Below, piece after piece: positions 56,443 to 64,000 of a DNA stretch of 64,000 nt. The notes under the pieces are model-generated. The model made no database searches. It was not told the DNA's origin and saw nothing but the letters and a program-made list of their open reading frames with translations. The position numbers and the translations under genes were made by a program. Source of the stretch: Nitrososphaeria archaeon (GTDB lineage Archaea > Thermoproteota > Nitrososphaeria > Geothermarchaeales > JDFR-13); NCBI GenBank assembly GCA_027078545.1, contig JALWXN010000004.1, positions 608,001 to 672,000 of the forward strand, given 5' to 3'. The stretch's first letter is position 1; every line of letters begins with the position of its first letter.

Positions 56443-56768
56443 TGAAGCGCTATACACTGTCCAGCCTAATAACCAGGCTAGCCAGCTTCGAGGAGGCCCT
56501 AGCCGAGAAGATGGATGCCAAGGGATATGCAGAGGCGGCTGAGAAGGCTAGGAGACACGCCTCGGAGATCCGGGAGGTGAGGGACTTCATCATTGTGGAG
56601 ATGACCCTGGAGCCAATCGAGACCCTCGACCCGATGGAGTTCCTAGACGAGGTAGCCACCCCAGGGGACGTGGAGGGTCTCAGGAGACGGGTCTACACCA
56701 AGATAGCGGAGGATGTTGAGCCTGTTAGTGGGGAGCTGGCCGACCTCCTCAGAAGGCTATCCTCCTAA
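56442..56768 (+). CDS. Small helical (ferritin-like?) hypothetical protein
   Basis: TGATG coupling to mmsA; FEE, RRH, EMTLEPI. Confidence 0.6.
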   Translation: MKRYTLSSLITRLASFEEALAEKMDAKGYAEAAEKARRHASEIREVRDFIIVEMTLEPIETLDPMEFLDEVATPGDVEGLRRRVYTKIAEDVEPVSGELADLLRRLSS

Positions 56769-57730
56769 CCACTTTTTATCATCCTTGAGACCGTGTTGGC
56801 TACTACATAGCTCTCCCCCATCCACTCAACTATCCTAACATCCCCCAGCTCCTCAAGCTCCCTAATAGTCTCCATGCCGGGAAGCCCATTCTCCTCTAGA
56901 TACTCCACAGCCGCCCTCAGGGTTAGGGGGTAGAGGTTGACAACATATATCAGCTCCTCGATCGGGTCGTCACTCTTACGGTCGAGGAGCCGCTCCCCAG
57001 GCTGGTCTATGATGTAGACCCTGTTCGGCATGTAGCTACTCAGATCCCTATAGACCATTCTGAGGACGTTTATGTCTGGCGGCCTTACACCTCTGCCGGG
57101 CGGGAGGTATGGTGTGACCATGAAGTACTTGTTGGGATTAACGATCTTGACAACCCTGGCAAGCTCCATAGCCTCGTCTAGTGAGTCGTTATACCCGCCT
57201 ACGAAGACGGTCTCGAGATACATCTTCCTCCCATAATCCCTCCGGAACTCGATAAGCCTCTTAACAACCTTCTCGGGGTCGATATCCATATTAGGCTTGT
57301 TTAGGTCCTCCATGGTGTCTCTATAGACCGAGTCTAGCTTGAAAAGCACAATGTCAAAGTTTAGTAGTAGGTTGTAGACAGTATCGTCGAGGAGGCCTGC
57401 ACTATTAGTATAGATCGCCACGGGCTTCCCGAAGGACTTGAGGATCCTTATTAGCTGTGGGAGCTCGGGATATAGGGTGGGCTCCCCCATCGGGGAGACT
57501 AGGAAGGCGTTTATCCCCCTAACCCCCCTCTTAAGGACAAACCTCCCGATATCCCTGGACACCCTGCTAAACCTGTCCTGTGAGAGGGGGCATGTATCCG
57601 CCAGGGGCGTCCCGAATATACAGTATCTACATGAGAAGTTGCAGACAAACTTCTCGAAGGGGTCTACCATGTAGACCTTCCTTATCTTCTGGTCTATGAC
57701 GGGGCCACCTATAAACTTGTTTAGCATCAT
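56765..57730 (-). CDS. Radical SAM protein of unknown function
   Basis: CNFSCRYC, GEPTLYP, TNS, KLD, ETVFV.G.ND. Confidence 0.88.
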   Translation of the reverse strand: MMLNKFIGGPVIDQKIRKVYMVDPFEKFVCNFSCRYCIFGTPLADTCPLSQDRFSRVSRDIGRFVLKRGVRGINAFLVSPMGEPTLYPELPQLIRILKSFGKPVAIYTNSAGLLDDTVYNLLLNFDIVLFKLDSVYRDTMEDLNKPNMDIDPEKVVKRLIEFRRDYGRKMYLETVFVGGYNDSLDEAMELARVVKIVNPNKYFMVTPYLPPGRGVRPPDINVLRMVYRDLSSYMPNRVYIIDQPGERLLDRKSDDPIEELIYVVNLYPLTLRAAVEYLEENGLPGMETIRELEELGDVRIVEWMGESYVVANTVSRMIKSG

Positions 57731-57789
57731 ATATTTACAGTATTTAGATTTGATACGAATTCAATTGGGGGAATATACAGTATATATCC

Positions 57790-58407
57790 CTAGCGCGAGA
57801 CGTAGTCCGAGGATAGTAGGTAGTATCTATAGGGCTCCTCGAGATCCCTCGAGACTCCTATACGCCCACTCCTACCAACCTCTCCACTACCAGGCTCTAG
57901 GTAGTATAGTAGCTCCAGCTCCCCACCCCTGATGTATACAGGCATGTCGTCAAGCTCCCTCGTTATGCCTAGCGCCTTTGTGAGCCTACCCGGACCCGTG
58001 GTGAGGAGCCTCTTCCTACTAACTCCACGCCTCCTAAACATCTCCTCCACACCGATGAGGGGCTCGACCGACCTTATAAGCACGGCTCCAGGACCCCCAG
58101 CCGTGGTGACTATGTTTAGGAGCCAGTTGTTATGAACCATGTATATGAGGGTCCTGCCCGGCTCCCTATACATCGCCCTACCTATCGAGCCCTTCTTGGA
58201 GGCCCGTGACGCGGGGTCCTCGGGGCCGAAGTATGCCTCTACCTCCGTTATCATGCCCCCTAATACCCGGTTCCCCATGCGTCTGACTAGCAGGGCTCCT
58301 AGGAGCTCGGGGGCGACCCTGTCGGGCGGTCTTGAGTAGAACTCTTTGGGTATGGTTTCTCCGTACCGTGCCGTGAACCTCATACCTCCCTTTATATCTA
58401 TATCCAT
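57790..58407 (-). CDS. mpg: DNA-3-methyladenine glycosylase (MPG/AAG family)
   Basis: VAPELLG, ITEVEAY, AVLIRS.EP, GPGRLTKALGI, RIGVS; true start probably downstream. Confidence 0.92.
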   Translation of the reverse strand: MDIDIKGGMRFTARYGETIPKEFYSRPPDRVAPELLGALLVRRMGNRVLGGMITEVEAYFGPEDPASRASKKGSIGRAMYREPGRTLIYMVHNNWLLNIVTTAGGPGAVLIRSVEPLIGVEEMFRRRGVSRKRLLTTGPGRLTKALGITRELDDMPVYIRGGELELLYYLEPGSGEVGRSGRIGVSRDLEEPYRYYLLSSDYVSR

Positions 58408-58435
58408 AGGCTATTTACTATTCGGTGATCCTGTG

Positions 58436-58855
58436 ATGAGAATATCTCTGAAGGTTAGGGACATAATGGATGATAAGGTATACATGATCGATGAGGGCCG
58501 GAGCTGTAAGGAGGCCCTCGATGAGATGGTGGATAAGGGTGTTTGGAGCCTACTAGTCTCGAGGGACGGCCTACCAGTAGGCGTGGTTACGGAGAGGGAT
58601 ATAATCAAGAAGGTTATCAGGAAGGGCTTGAACCTGGAGGGTGTACAGGTGGGGAAGATAATGTCTAGCCCAATAATAACAGTCTCTCCCGACGACCCTG
58701 TGGCCAAGGCTATGGAGCTGATGGTGCAGAACGATATTAGGCGTGTCTACGTGGTCGAGGATGGTAAGATCATTGGTAGGGTGACGCAGACCGGTGCCTT
58801 CAAGAAGATCCTCGACATACTCCTACTACTCAGCGACCTATCCTGGTATCTATAG
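58436..58855 (+). CDS. CBS-domain pair protein
   Basis: VRDIM, GVVTERDII, IMSSPIITV, IRRVYV. Confidence 0.9.
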   Translation: MRISLKVRDIMDDKVYMIDEGRSCKEALDEMVDKGVWSLLVSRDGLPVGVVTERDIIKKVIRKGLNLEGVQVGKIMSSPIITVSPDDPVAKAMELMVQNDIRRVYVVEDGKIIGRVTQTGAFKKILDILLLLSDLSWYL

Positions 58856-58882
58856 ATAGGGCGGGTCAGGGTATAGGTAGAA

Positions 58883-60280
58883 ATGAGGGGTAAGAAGCTT
58901 GTCGTGGGGACTGTACCCCTAATAACCTTCCTAGGGGGCTACTCCATAGGGCTAGAGCTTGAGCAGGCCTTCGCCATATCCATAGCAGCCATGGTTATAT
59001 CCACGACGCTCCTGATGTGGAAATATAGGCTCTCAGCCAGCGTCGCCGGACTATCAATAGCCTTCCTTACAGGGATACTTCCCTTCAAACTCTTCCTAGA
59101 GTATAGCCATATGGACATCATACTCTTCCTCCTAGGCATGATGACCATCGTCGGATACCTGGAGGAGAACCACTACTTCGAATATCTTGTCTCGAAGATG
59201 ATCCCAGTCCTACATGGTAAGCCAAAGCTCTTCATAGTGGTTATGATGTTCACCGCAAGCTTCTTCGCAGCTGTGGTGGATGAGGTAACTGCTATACTCT
59301 TCATGAGCGTCATAATGCTGGAACTATCATCCATATACCAGCTAGACATTAGGCGTATGATACTACCGATAACCTTCGCCGTGATCATAGGCGGCTCAGC
59401 CACCGTGATGGGTAACCCAGTGGCCATACTAGTAGCCTTTAGGGGCGGACTAACGATGCAGGACTTCGCCTACTGGGCCACCCCAGTCACACTAGTCTCA
59501 CTGGTAATCCTATCCGGGATGGTGATGCTCCTCTTCAGGGACGAGATCAGGAAGTTGGAGGAGAATATGTCTAAGGTCAGGATCGAGGAGATTGTCGAGG
59601 CACTGGCGGAGGAGGTCCACGCCACTAGGAAGGCGACCATACTCTTCGTACTAGTGATCGGCTCTATAATCCTGCATAACCAGATAGCCACACTGATATC
59701 CAGCCTCGGAGTATACGTAACTCCAAAGGTTGTGCTCGTCTCAATAGCCCTGCTGGGCGCCAGCGTGATACTGGCAACCGAGGGGGAGGATGGGCTCACA
59801 GTCTTTCTCCACAGGGTTGATTGGCAGACCCTAGTCTTCCTACTATCATTCTTCAGCATAGTCGGCAGCCTAGACCATGTAGGTGTCCTACAGCTGATAA
59901 GCAACGCGATAGTGGAGGCCGCTGGTGGGAATGAGGGGATGATGTTCCTATACATAGCCGGGATAACAGGTGTACTAAGCCCCGTCATGGACAACGTACT
60001 CACAGTAGCTACCCTCAGCCCAATAGTCGAGGGCCTCGGCGAGATAGGTGTCAACACGGTGCCTATATGGTTCGGGATGCTATTCGCAGGTATATTCAGC
60101 GCCCTAGCCACCCCTATAGGCACATCTGCAAGCCTAGTCATGATGGGGCTCCTGGAGAGGCGCCGCGTCAAGCTCATAACCTTCGGGGAGTGGATAAGGG
60201 TGGGCCTACCAGCAGCAGTTATCATACTGGGCCTAGCTCTGACAGTGACATATATCAGGGCCTATGGAATGCCTCTCTAA
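58883..60280 (+). CDS. ArsB/NhaD/SLC13-superfamily permease
   Basis: LLGMM, VDEVT, GGSATVMGNP, MDNV, TPIGTSA. Confidence 0.87.
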   Translation: MRGKKLVVGTVPLITFLGGYSIGLELEQAFAISIAAMVISTTLLMWKYRLSASVAGLSIAFLTGILPFKLFLEYSHMDIILFLLGMMTIVGYLEENHYFEYLVSKMIPVLHGKPKLFIVVMMFTASFFAAVVDEVTAILFMSVIMLELSSIYQLDIRRMILPITFAVIIGGSATVMGNPVAILVAFRGGLTMQDFAYWATPVTLVSLVILSGMVMLLFRDEIRKLEENMSKVRIEEIVEALAEEVHATRKATILFVLVIGSIILHNQIATLISSLGVYVTPKVVLVSIALLGASVILATEGEDGLTVFLHRVDWQTLVFLLSFFSIVGSLDHVGVLQLISNAIVEAAGGNEGMMFLYIAGITGVLSPVMDNVLTVATLSPIVEGLGEIGVNTVPIWFGMLFAGIFSALATPIGTSASLVMMGLLERRRVKLITFGEWIRVGLPAAVIILGLALTVTYIRAYGMPL

Positions 60281-60326
60281 AGCCTCCCAACCTTTTTAAC
60301 CCCTAACCCAGAAACTACTTATCAAG

Positions 60327-60791
60327 ATGAGCGAGATGAGTGACTATAACGTGGCCACCGTCCTCGTCTATAAGCTCCTAAACGCTGTCTACAAGGCGGT
60401 GACCGAGGAGCTGGGTGAGGAGGCCTGGGACGTCCTATGGAAGAGCGGGAAATACCTGTTCAACGAGGTACGTGAGGAGATCGGGATAGAGGAGGGCATG
60501 GATCTTGAGGAGGCTATACGCAGGCTCTGCCAATACCTCAAGAGGATAGGTATGGTGGAGGAGGTCCGCTTCGAGTATAACAGGGACGAGGGTATACTGG
60601 AGACCACCGTGATATTCCCATTCTCAATTGCGAAGTATAAGAGGGAGGCCGCCGGCCCGATATACCTCTTCACCAGCCTACTATCCTCCGTCCTCGAGTA
60701 TCTAGGCTATGAGATGGAGAGGGAGGGTGAGCACTACATACTCGAGGGTAACAAACTCAGGGAGAGGTGGAGGATCTCCAAGGCAGAGTAG
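60327..60791 (+). CDS. Hypothetical protein, possible V4R/HNOB-like ligand-binding fold
   Basis: YKAVTEELGEEA..LWKSGK helix pattern. Confidence 0.5.
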   Translation: MSEMSDYNVATVLVYKLLNAVYKAVTEELGEEAWDVLWKSGKYLFNEVREEIGIEEGMDLEEAIRRLCQYLKRIGMVEEVRFEYNRDEGILETTVIFPFSIAKYKREAAGPIYLFTSLLSSVLEYLGYEMEREGEHYILEGNKLRERWRISKAE

Positions 60792-60848
60792 ATATATACT
60801 AGGCCGATATAGAGACCTGGCTCTAAACCGTGATACCCGGTGTAGCCC

Positions 60849-62009
60849 ATGGCGAAGGCGGTTATACTAGGCGGTGTAGGAGCGGTAGGTATAGAGGCTT
60901 CTAGAGACTTCATCGAGACCAGCGGCTTCGACGAGATAGTCATAGCTGACTACAACATAGAGAAGGCCCGTAGATTCATAGAGGAGTATGGCGATGATAG
61001 GTTGGCCGCCGTTAAGGTAGATGTGAATGATGAGGATGCCCTCCGCAGCGTGATCAGGGGTGCCGACATAGTCATCAACGCCCTCCCCTTCAAGTATGAC
61101 TATATAGTCACGAAGATCGCTGTGGAGGAGGGGGTCTCAGGCGTCGATGTAGCGACGGAGCAGGACCAGTTCGACCTTACGCCGAAGGCCGAGGAGACTG
61201 GTGCGCTCTTCGTCCCAGGCGTGGGAGCCACCCCTGGAACCACCAACCTCATGGCTGCAAAGGCTGCACAGCTCCTCGACAAGGTCGATACCATCGAGAT
61301 CTTCTGGGCAGCCTTCCGCTGCACCGCCCCCAGCCCAGGCCTGCTCCACGTCACGATATGGGAGTTCGACCCGAATCTTAAGGAGAGGGTGATCTACGAG
61401 GACGGTGTCTATAAGCAGGTTCCCCCATACTCAGGGGCCAAGTGGGTAGAGTTCTTCCCATTGATCGGTAGGAGGGAGACTGTCTATGTCCCACATAGCG
61501 AGACCTATACCCTACCCGAGTACCTGCCTCCTGAGAAGAAGCCTAGGAGGGTATATGTAAGGGGTACGTGGCCAGACGAGACGATGAACCTCTTGAAGGT
61601 CCTCCTATACTACGGCTTCTACGAGGACAAGCCTGTGGACTTCGACGGGGTCTATGTGAAGCCGATGAAGTTTATCTACCGCTTCATGTTGCAGAGCGAG
61701 AAGGCCCGTGAGACCGAGGTCTGGGGCTACGGCCTAAGGGTTGAAGCTACGGGAGAGAAGGATGGTAGGTCTGCCAAGGTCGTAGTCATGAATGAGCATC
61801 CAAGTGATGTGGAGGGATGGGAGGGTAGCAGGGCATACTTCAGGCCGATAGGGAATCCACTATCGATTGGGGCACAGATGATCCACCGCGGCGAGACACT
61901 GGTTGAGAAGGGTGTATACCCACCTGAGGCCGCCTTCGACCCCGACAAGTTCTTCCAGGAGCTGGCTAAGAGGGGGATCAAGATCTCCTGGGAGGTTGAG
62001 TATCTCTAG
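60849..62009 (+). CDS. Saccharopine dehydrogenase family (lysine 6-dehydrogenase-like)
   Basis: GGVGAVG, GVGATPG.TN, HSE..TL, GVYPPE. Confidence 0.85.
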   Translation: MAKAVILGGVGAVGIEASRDFIETSGFDEIVIADYNIEKARRFIEEYGDDRLAAVKVDVNDEDALRSVIRGADIVINALPFKYDYIVTKIAVEEGVSGVDVATEQDQFDLTPKAEETGALFVPGVGATPGTTNLMAAKAAQLLDKVDTIEIFWAAFRCTAPSPGLLHVTIWEFDPNLKERVIYEDGVYKQVPPYSGAKWVEFFPLIGRRETVYVPHSETYTLPEYLPPEKKPRRVYVRGTWPDETMNLLKVLLYYGFYEDKPVDFDGVYVKPMKFIYRFMLQSEKARETEVWGYGLRVEATGEKDGRSAKVVVMNEHPSDVEGWEGSRAYFRPIGNPLSIGAQMIHRGETLVEKGVYPPEAAFDPDKFFQELAKRGIKISWEVEYL

Positions 62010-62018
62010 CCCCCTCCC

Positions 62019-62420
62019 CTACATAATCTTTCTAGGCGGGTATATCTCAAGCCTCCTCTTGAGGCACCATCCCGCCAGCTCGACACCCCTCCTATACATC
62101 CCCGGATCGATGAGCATGACCTCGTGGGGGGCGTCACACCTTATATAGGTCTCCAGCTCCCCATTCCTAACCATCTCCTCAACAGTCTTCCTCCTGGGGA
62201 GTGCGAGGATATATGGATAATCCCCCAGCCCCATCCTTACATACTCCTCCGTAGCCTCCGCCACGGCGCGGCTAACCAACTCTCTATAGCCCAGCCTCCC
62301 CACGTATCTACACCAGAGCTCTATAACCAGCTGGTAATGATTCTCTATCGATATGCTGTATGCCTTCTCACCCCTCCCCACCGTGTTGATATAGATGATG
62401 TGGTACCTCGGCCTAGACAT
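62019..62420 (-). CDS. Hypothetical protein
   Basis: Fills the gap between neighbours; typical codon usage. Confidence 0.55.
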   Translation of the reverse strand: MSRPRYHIIYINTVGRGEKAYSISIENHYQLVIELWCRYVGRLGYRELVSRAVAEATEEYVRMGLGDYPYILALPRRKTVEEMVRNGELETYIRCDAPHEVMLIDPGMYRRGVELAGWCLKRRLEIYPPRKIM

Positions 62421-62467
62421 GTCTAAATATAGGTCTCCAGCCCGGGATAGTTAAGTTTGGATCCACT

Positions 62468-63826
62468 ATGAAGCGTCTCTATATTCTAGGCGCCCCCTGG
62501 TGTAGCCAGTGCCAGGAATTCTACTCGGGGCTCAGGGAGGAGCTTGGAGGAGAGGCTGTGGAGTACGTCGACCTAGACAGGTATCCACATCTACAGGAGA
62601 GGTTCGACGTGAGGGCATACCCTACACTAGTCCTTGTGGATGGTGGTAGGCCCCTAGCTACACATGTACCCGAGGATCTCGGCGATGCTAAGAGGTTCTA
62701 TAGGGCGGGGGGTGGCGAGAACTTTATGAGGCGATGTGTCTATCGACGGGTGGGCCCACCCAGCAGGGATGAGCTGAACATGGTGATCAGCTTTATAGAG
62801 AATGTCTATGACTGGGTGGAGGGTGGGCTGACCGGTGGATACAAGCTTGTCCCCTATAGGGAGATGGAGTTCCTGGTGAAGGCCTACCTAGACCTTGGGG
62901 TTAGGGGCTACCTAGAGATGGTTAGGCGGACCATAGACATCGTCCTCCAGAGCGGGATGATGGATTATAAGAGGTACCTAGTCTCCCACATGAGCCTCTC
63001 ACCAGACTGGGAGAGTCCTGACAAGACGTATCTCCTTGAGGAGCAGGCCAGGATGATCCGCCTCCTCATATGGCTTGGTAGGCTTACCGATGCCGAGGTA
63101 TATCTAGAGATTGCCAGGCGTATGGTCGACTCGGTATTCAGCCTCTTCCTAGACAGGGGTGTGAGGGCATATCTAGGATCGGAGCCTATACACATGGGGA
63201 GTGGTGGGATACACCCATATATAGAGGCGTTGGAGAGCCTCTCCGATATGGGGCTCGACCCTAGGCTGAGGCCTAGGATGCAGAGCCTGATCCCCCTAGT
63301 CCCAAGCCATGATAAGATACTGGGGGAGTACCCACTCATCACACAGGCCTACTACCTACACACTATTCTGAACATATACCGCTACACCCGTTGGAGGGAG
63401 GGGCTCAGGAGGGCTAGAGACCTGGTCAATAGGTGGGCCGGGTGGATACATAGCCTGCCAACCGTGGATACTGAGCGGAGCCTCCACCTACACCTCGATA
63501 AATGGGTCTGCCGACCCCCTAGGACCAACATCGTCTATGGCCTAGCCATGTATAGGGCCCGGATCTACGGATTGACGGGGGATGAGGCTCTGGGCGGGAT
63601 ACTCAGTAATAGGTGGGACGTGACTAGGAGGAATACGTATGACGCCGCGACGTGGGGGATCGGGGTAGCCACCCATCTATATGGCCTAGACCTGTTCAGG
63701 GTCTCAGGCTATAAGGCCCTCCCCTCCAAGGTTGGTGATCTGGTGAAGCCCTTCACCGAGATAGTCTATACCGATGGGGAGAGGAGGGTAGAATACGTCT
63801 CACGGGGGGTAAGCTTCGAGATATGA
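62468..63826 (+). CDS. Thioredoxin domain + helical toroid (YyaL/DUF255-like) protein
   Basis: APWCSQC, VDLDRYP.L, YPT; YD...GG..G.K, W..P.K. Confidence 0.7.
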   Translation: MKRLYILGAPWCSQCQEFYSGLREELGGEAVEYVDLDRYPHLQERFDVRAYPTLVLVDGGRPLATHVPEDLGDAKRFYRAGGGENFMRRCVYRRVGPPSRDELNMVISFIENVYDWVEGGLTGGYKLVPYREMEFLVKAYLDLGVRGYLEMVRRTIDIVLQSGMMDYKRYLVSHMSLSPDWESPDKTYLLEEQARMIRLLIWLGRLTDAEVYLEIARRMVDSVFSLFLDRGVRAYLGSEPIHMGSGGIHPYIEALESLSDMGLDPRLRPRMQSLIPLVPSHDKILGEYPLITQAYYLHTILNIYRYTRWREGLRRARDLVNRWAGWIHSLPTVDTERSLHLHLDKWVCRPPRTNIVYGLAMYRARIYGLTGDEALGGILSNRWDVTRRNTYDAATWGIGVATHLYGLDLFRVSGYKALPSKVGDLVKPFTEIVYTDGERRVEYVSRGVSFEI

Positions 63827-63884
63827 ATTGGTATAAACGGTTTATTCCCGGGGTTATAACCAGTCGGATTAGTATCATCTATAT

Positions 63885-64000
63885 ATGTCCTCGGAGGAGA
63901 GGGCAGAGATACTAGAGGTTCTTAGGAGCGCGACGGAGGCAACGGTATCTACTTATGGAGGGGAGGTTATACGTAGCAGGGCTATGCACTACGCGGTTGC
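63885..64000 (+). CDS. 5' end of probable pyridoxamine 5'-phosphate oxidase-like (split barrel) protein, truncated by window
   Basis: MSSEERAEILEVLRSATEATVSTYGGEVIRSRAMHYAV; ATVST..RSR.M pattern. Confidence 0.55.
   Translation, partial: MSSEERAEILEVLRSATEATVSTYGGEVIRSRAMHYAV

Noticed and set aside
58433-58452. GTGATGA...CTGA resembling C and D' boxes
   Set aside because: It coincides with the CBS start codon, has only an 8-nt spacer, and lacks a second C'/D pair.
1-64000. Numerous 60-250 aa antisense or alternate-frame ORFs in the track (e.g. 14779-15360, 24373-24879, 59470-60225)
   Set aside because: They lie opposite or within well-supported genes and have no motifs; they are expected shadows of the codon bias.
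1-64000. CRISPR array, tRNA, rRNA, IS/integrase, intein
   Set aside because: No regularly spaced direct repeats, tRNA cloverleaf with T-loop, transposase motifs or intein splice motifs were seen by eye.

Overview
Gene-dense 64 kb segment of a thermophilic archaeal chromosome. A TACK-like lineage is inferred from AGG/ATA-rich codons, TATA-box and leaderless starts, a ThermoDBP-family gene, split MetE and Clp1. It is mostly core and metabolic genes: pyrBI-pyrC-pyrK-pyrD, a VapBC pair, heme O/A synthases, tatA/tatC, icd/citrate synthase, an LDH/MalDH plus lut cluster, moaA-moeA-moeA, moaD-moaE, carbamate kinase, split metE with a MetF-like gene, Clp1, two tandem ~1440-aa S8 proteases, mmsA and transporters. 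I saw no tRNA, rRNA, CRISPR array, transposase or integrase. The strongest feature not shown in the ORF track is a complete single-hairpin box H/ACA guide RNA at 20232-20305, with a basal stem, bipartite pocket, K-turn and correctly spaced ACA. Its pocket is complementary to 23S rRNA helix 93 and predicts pseudouridine at the U2593-equivalent (E. coli numbering), beside the peptidyl-transferase centre. Both ubiquitin-like sulfur carriers in the window have a masked Gly-Gly: one is fused to TtuA/NcsA, and the other has a 15-aa tail followed by an in-frame TAG-ATG into moaE. This suggests protease-gated sulfur relay. Other highlights are an LDH/MalDH intermediate-type enzyme heading a lactate-utilisation operon, remodelled active-site surroundings in one S8 paralog, and a multi-hairpin intergenic element at 29328-29440. 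All family calls come from motif recognition by eye, without database searches.
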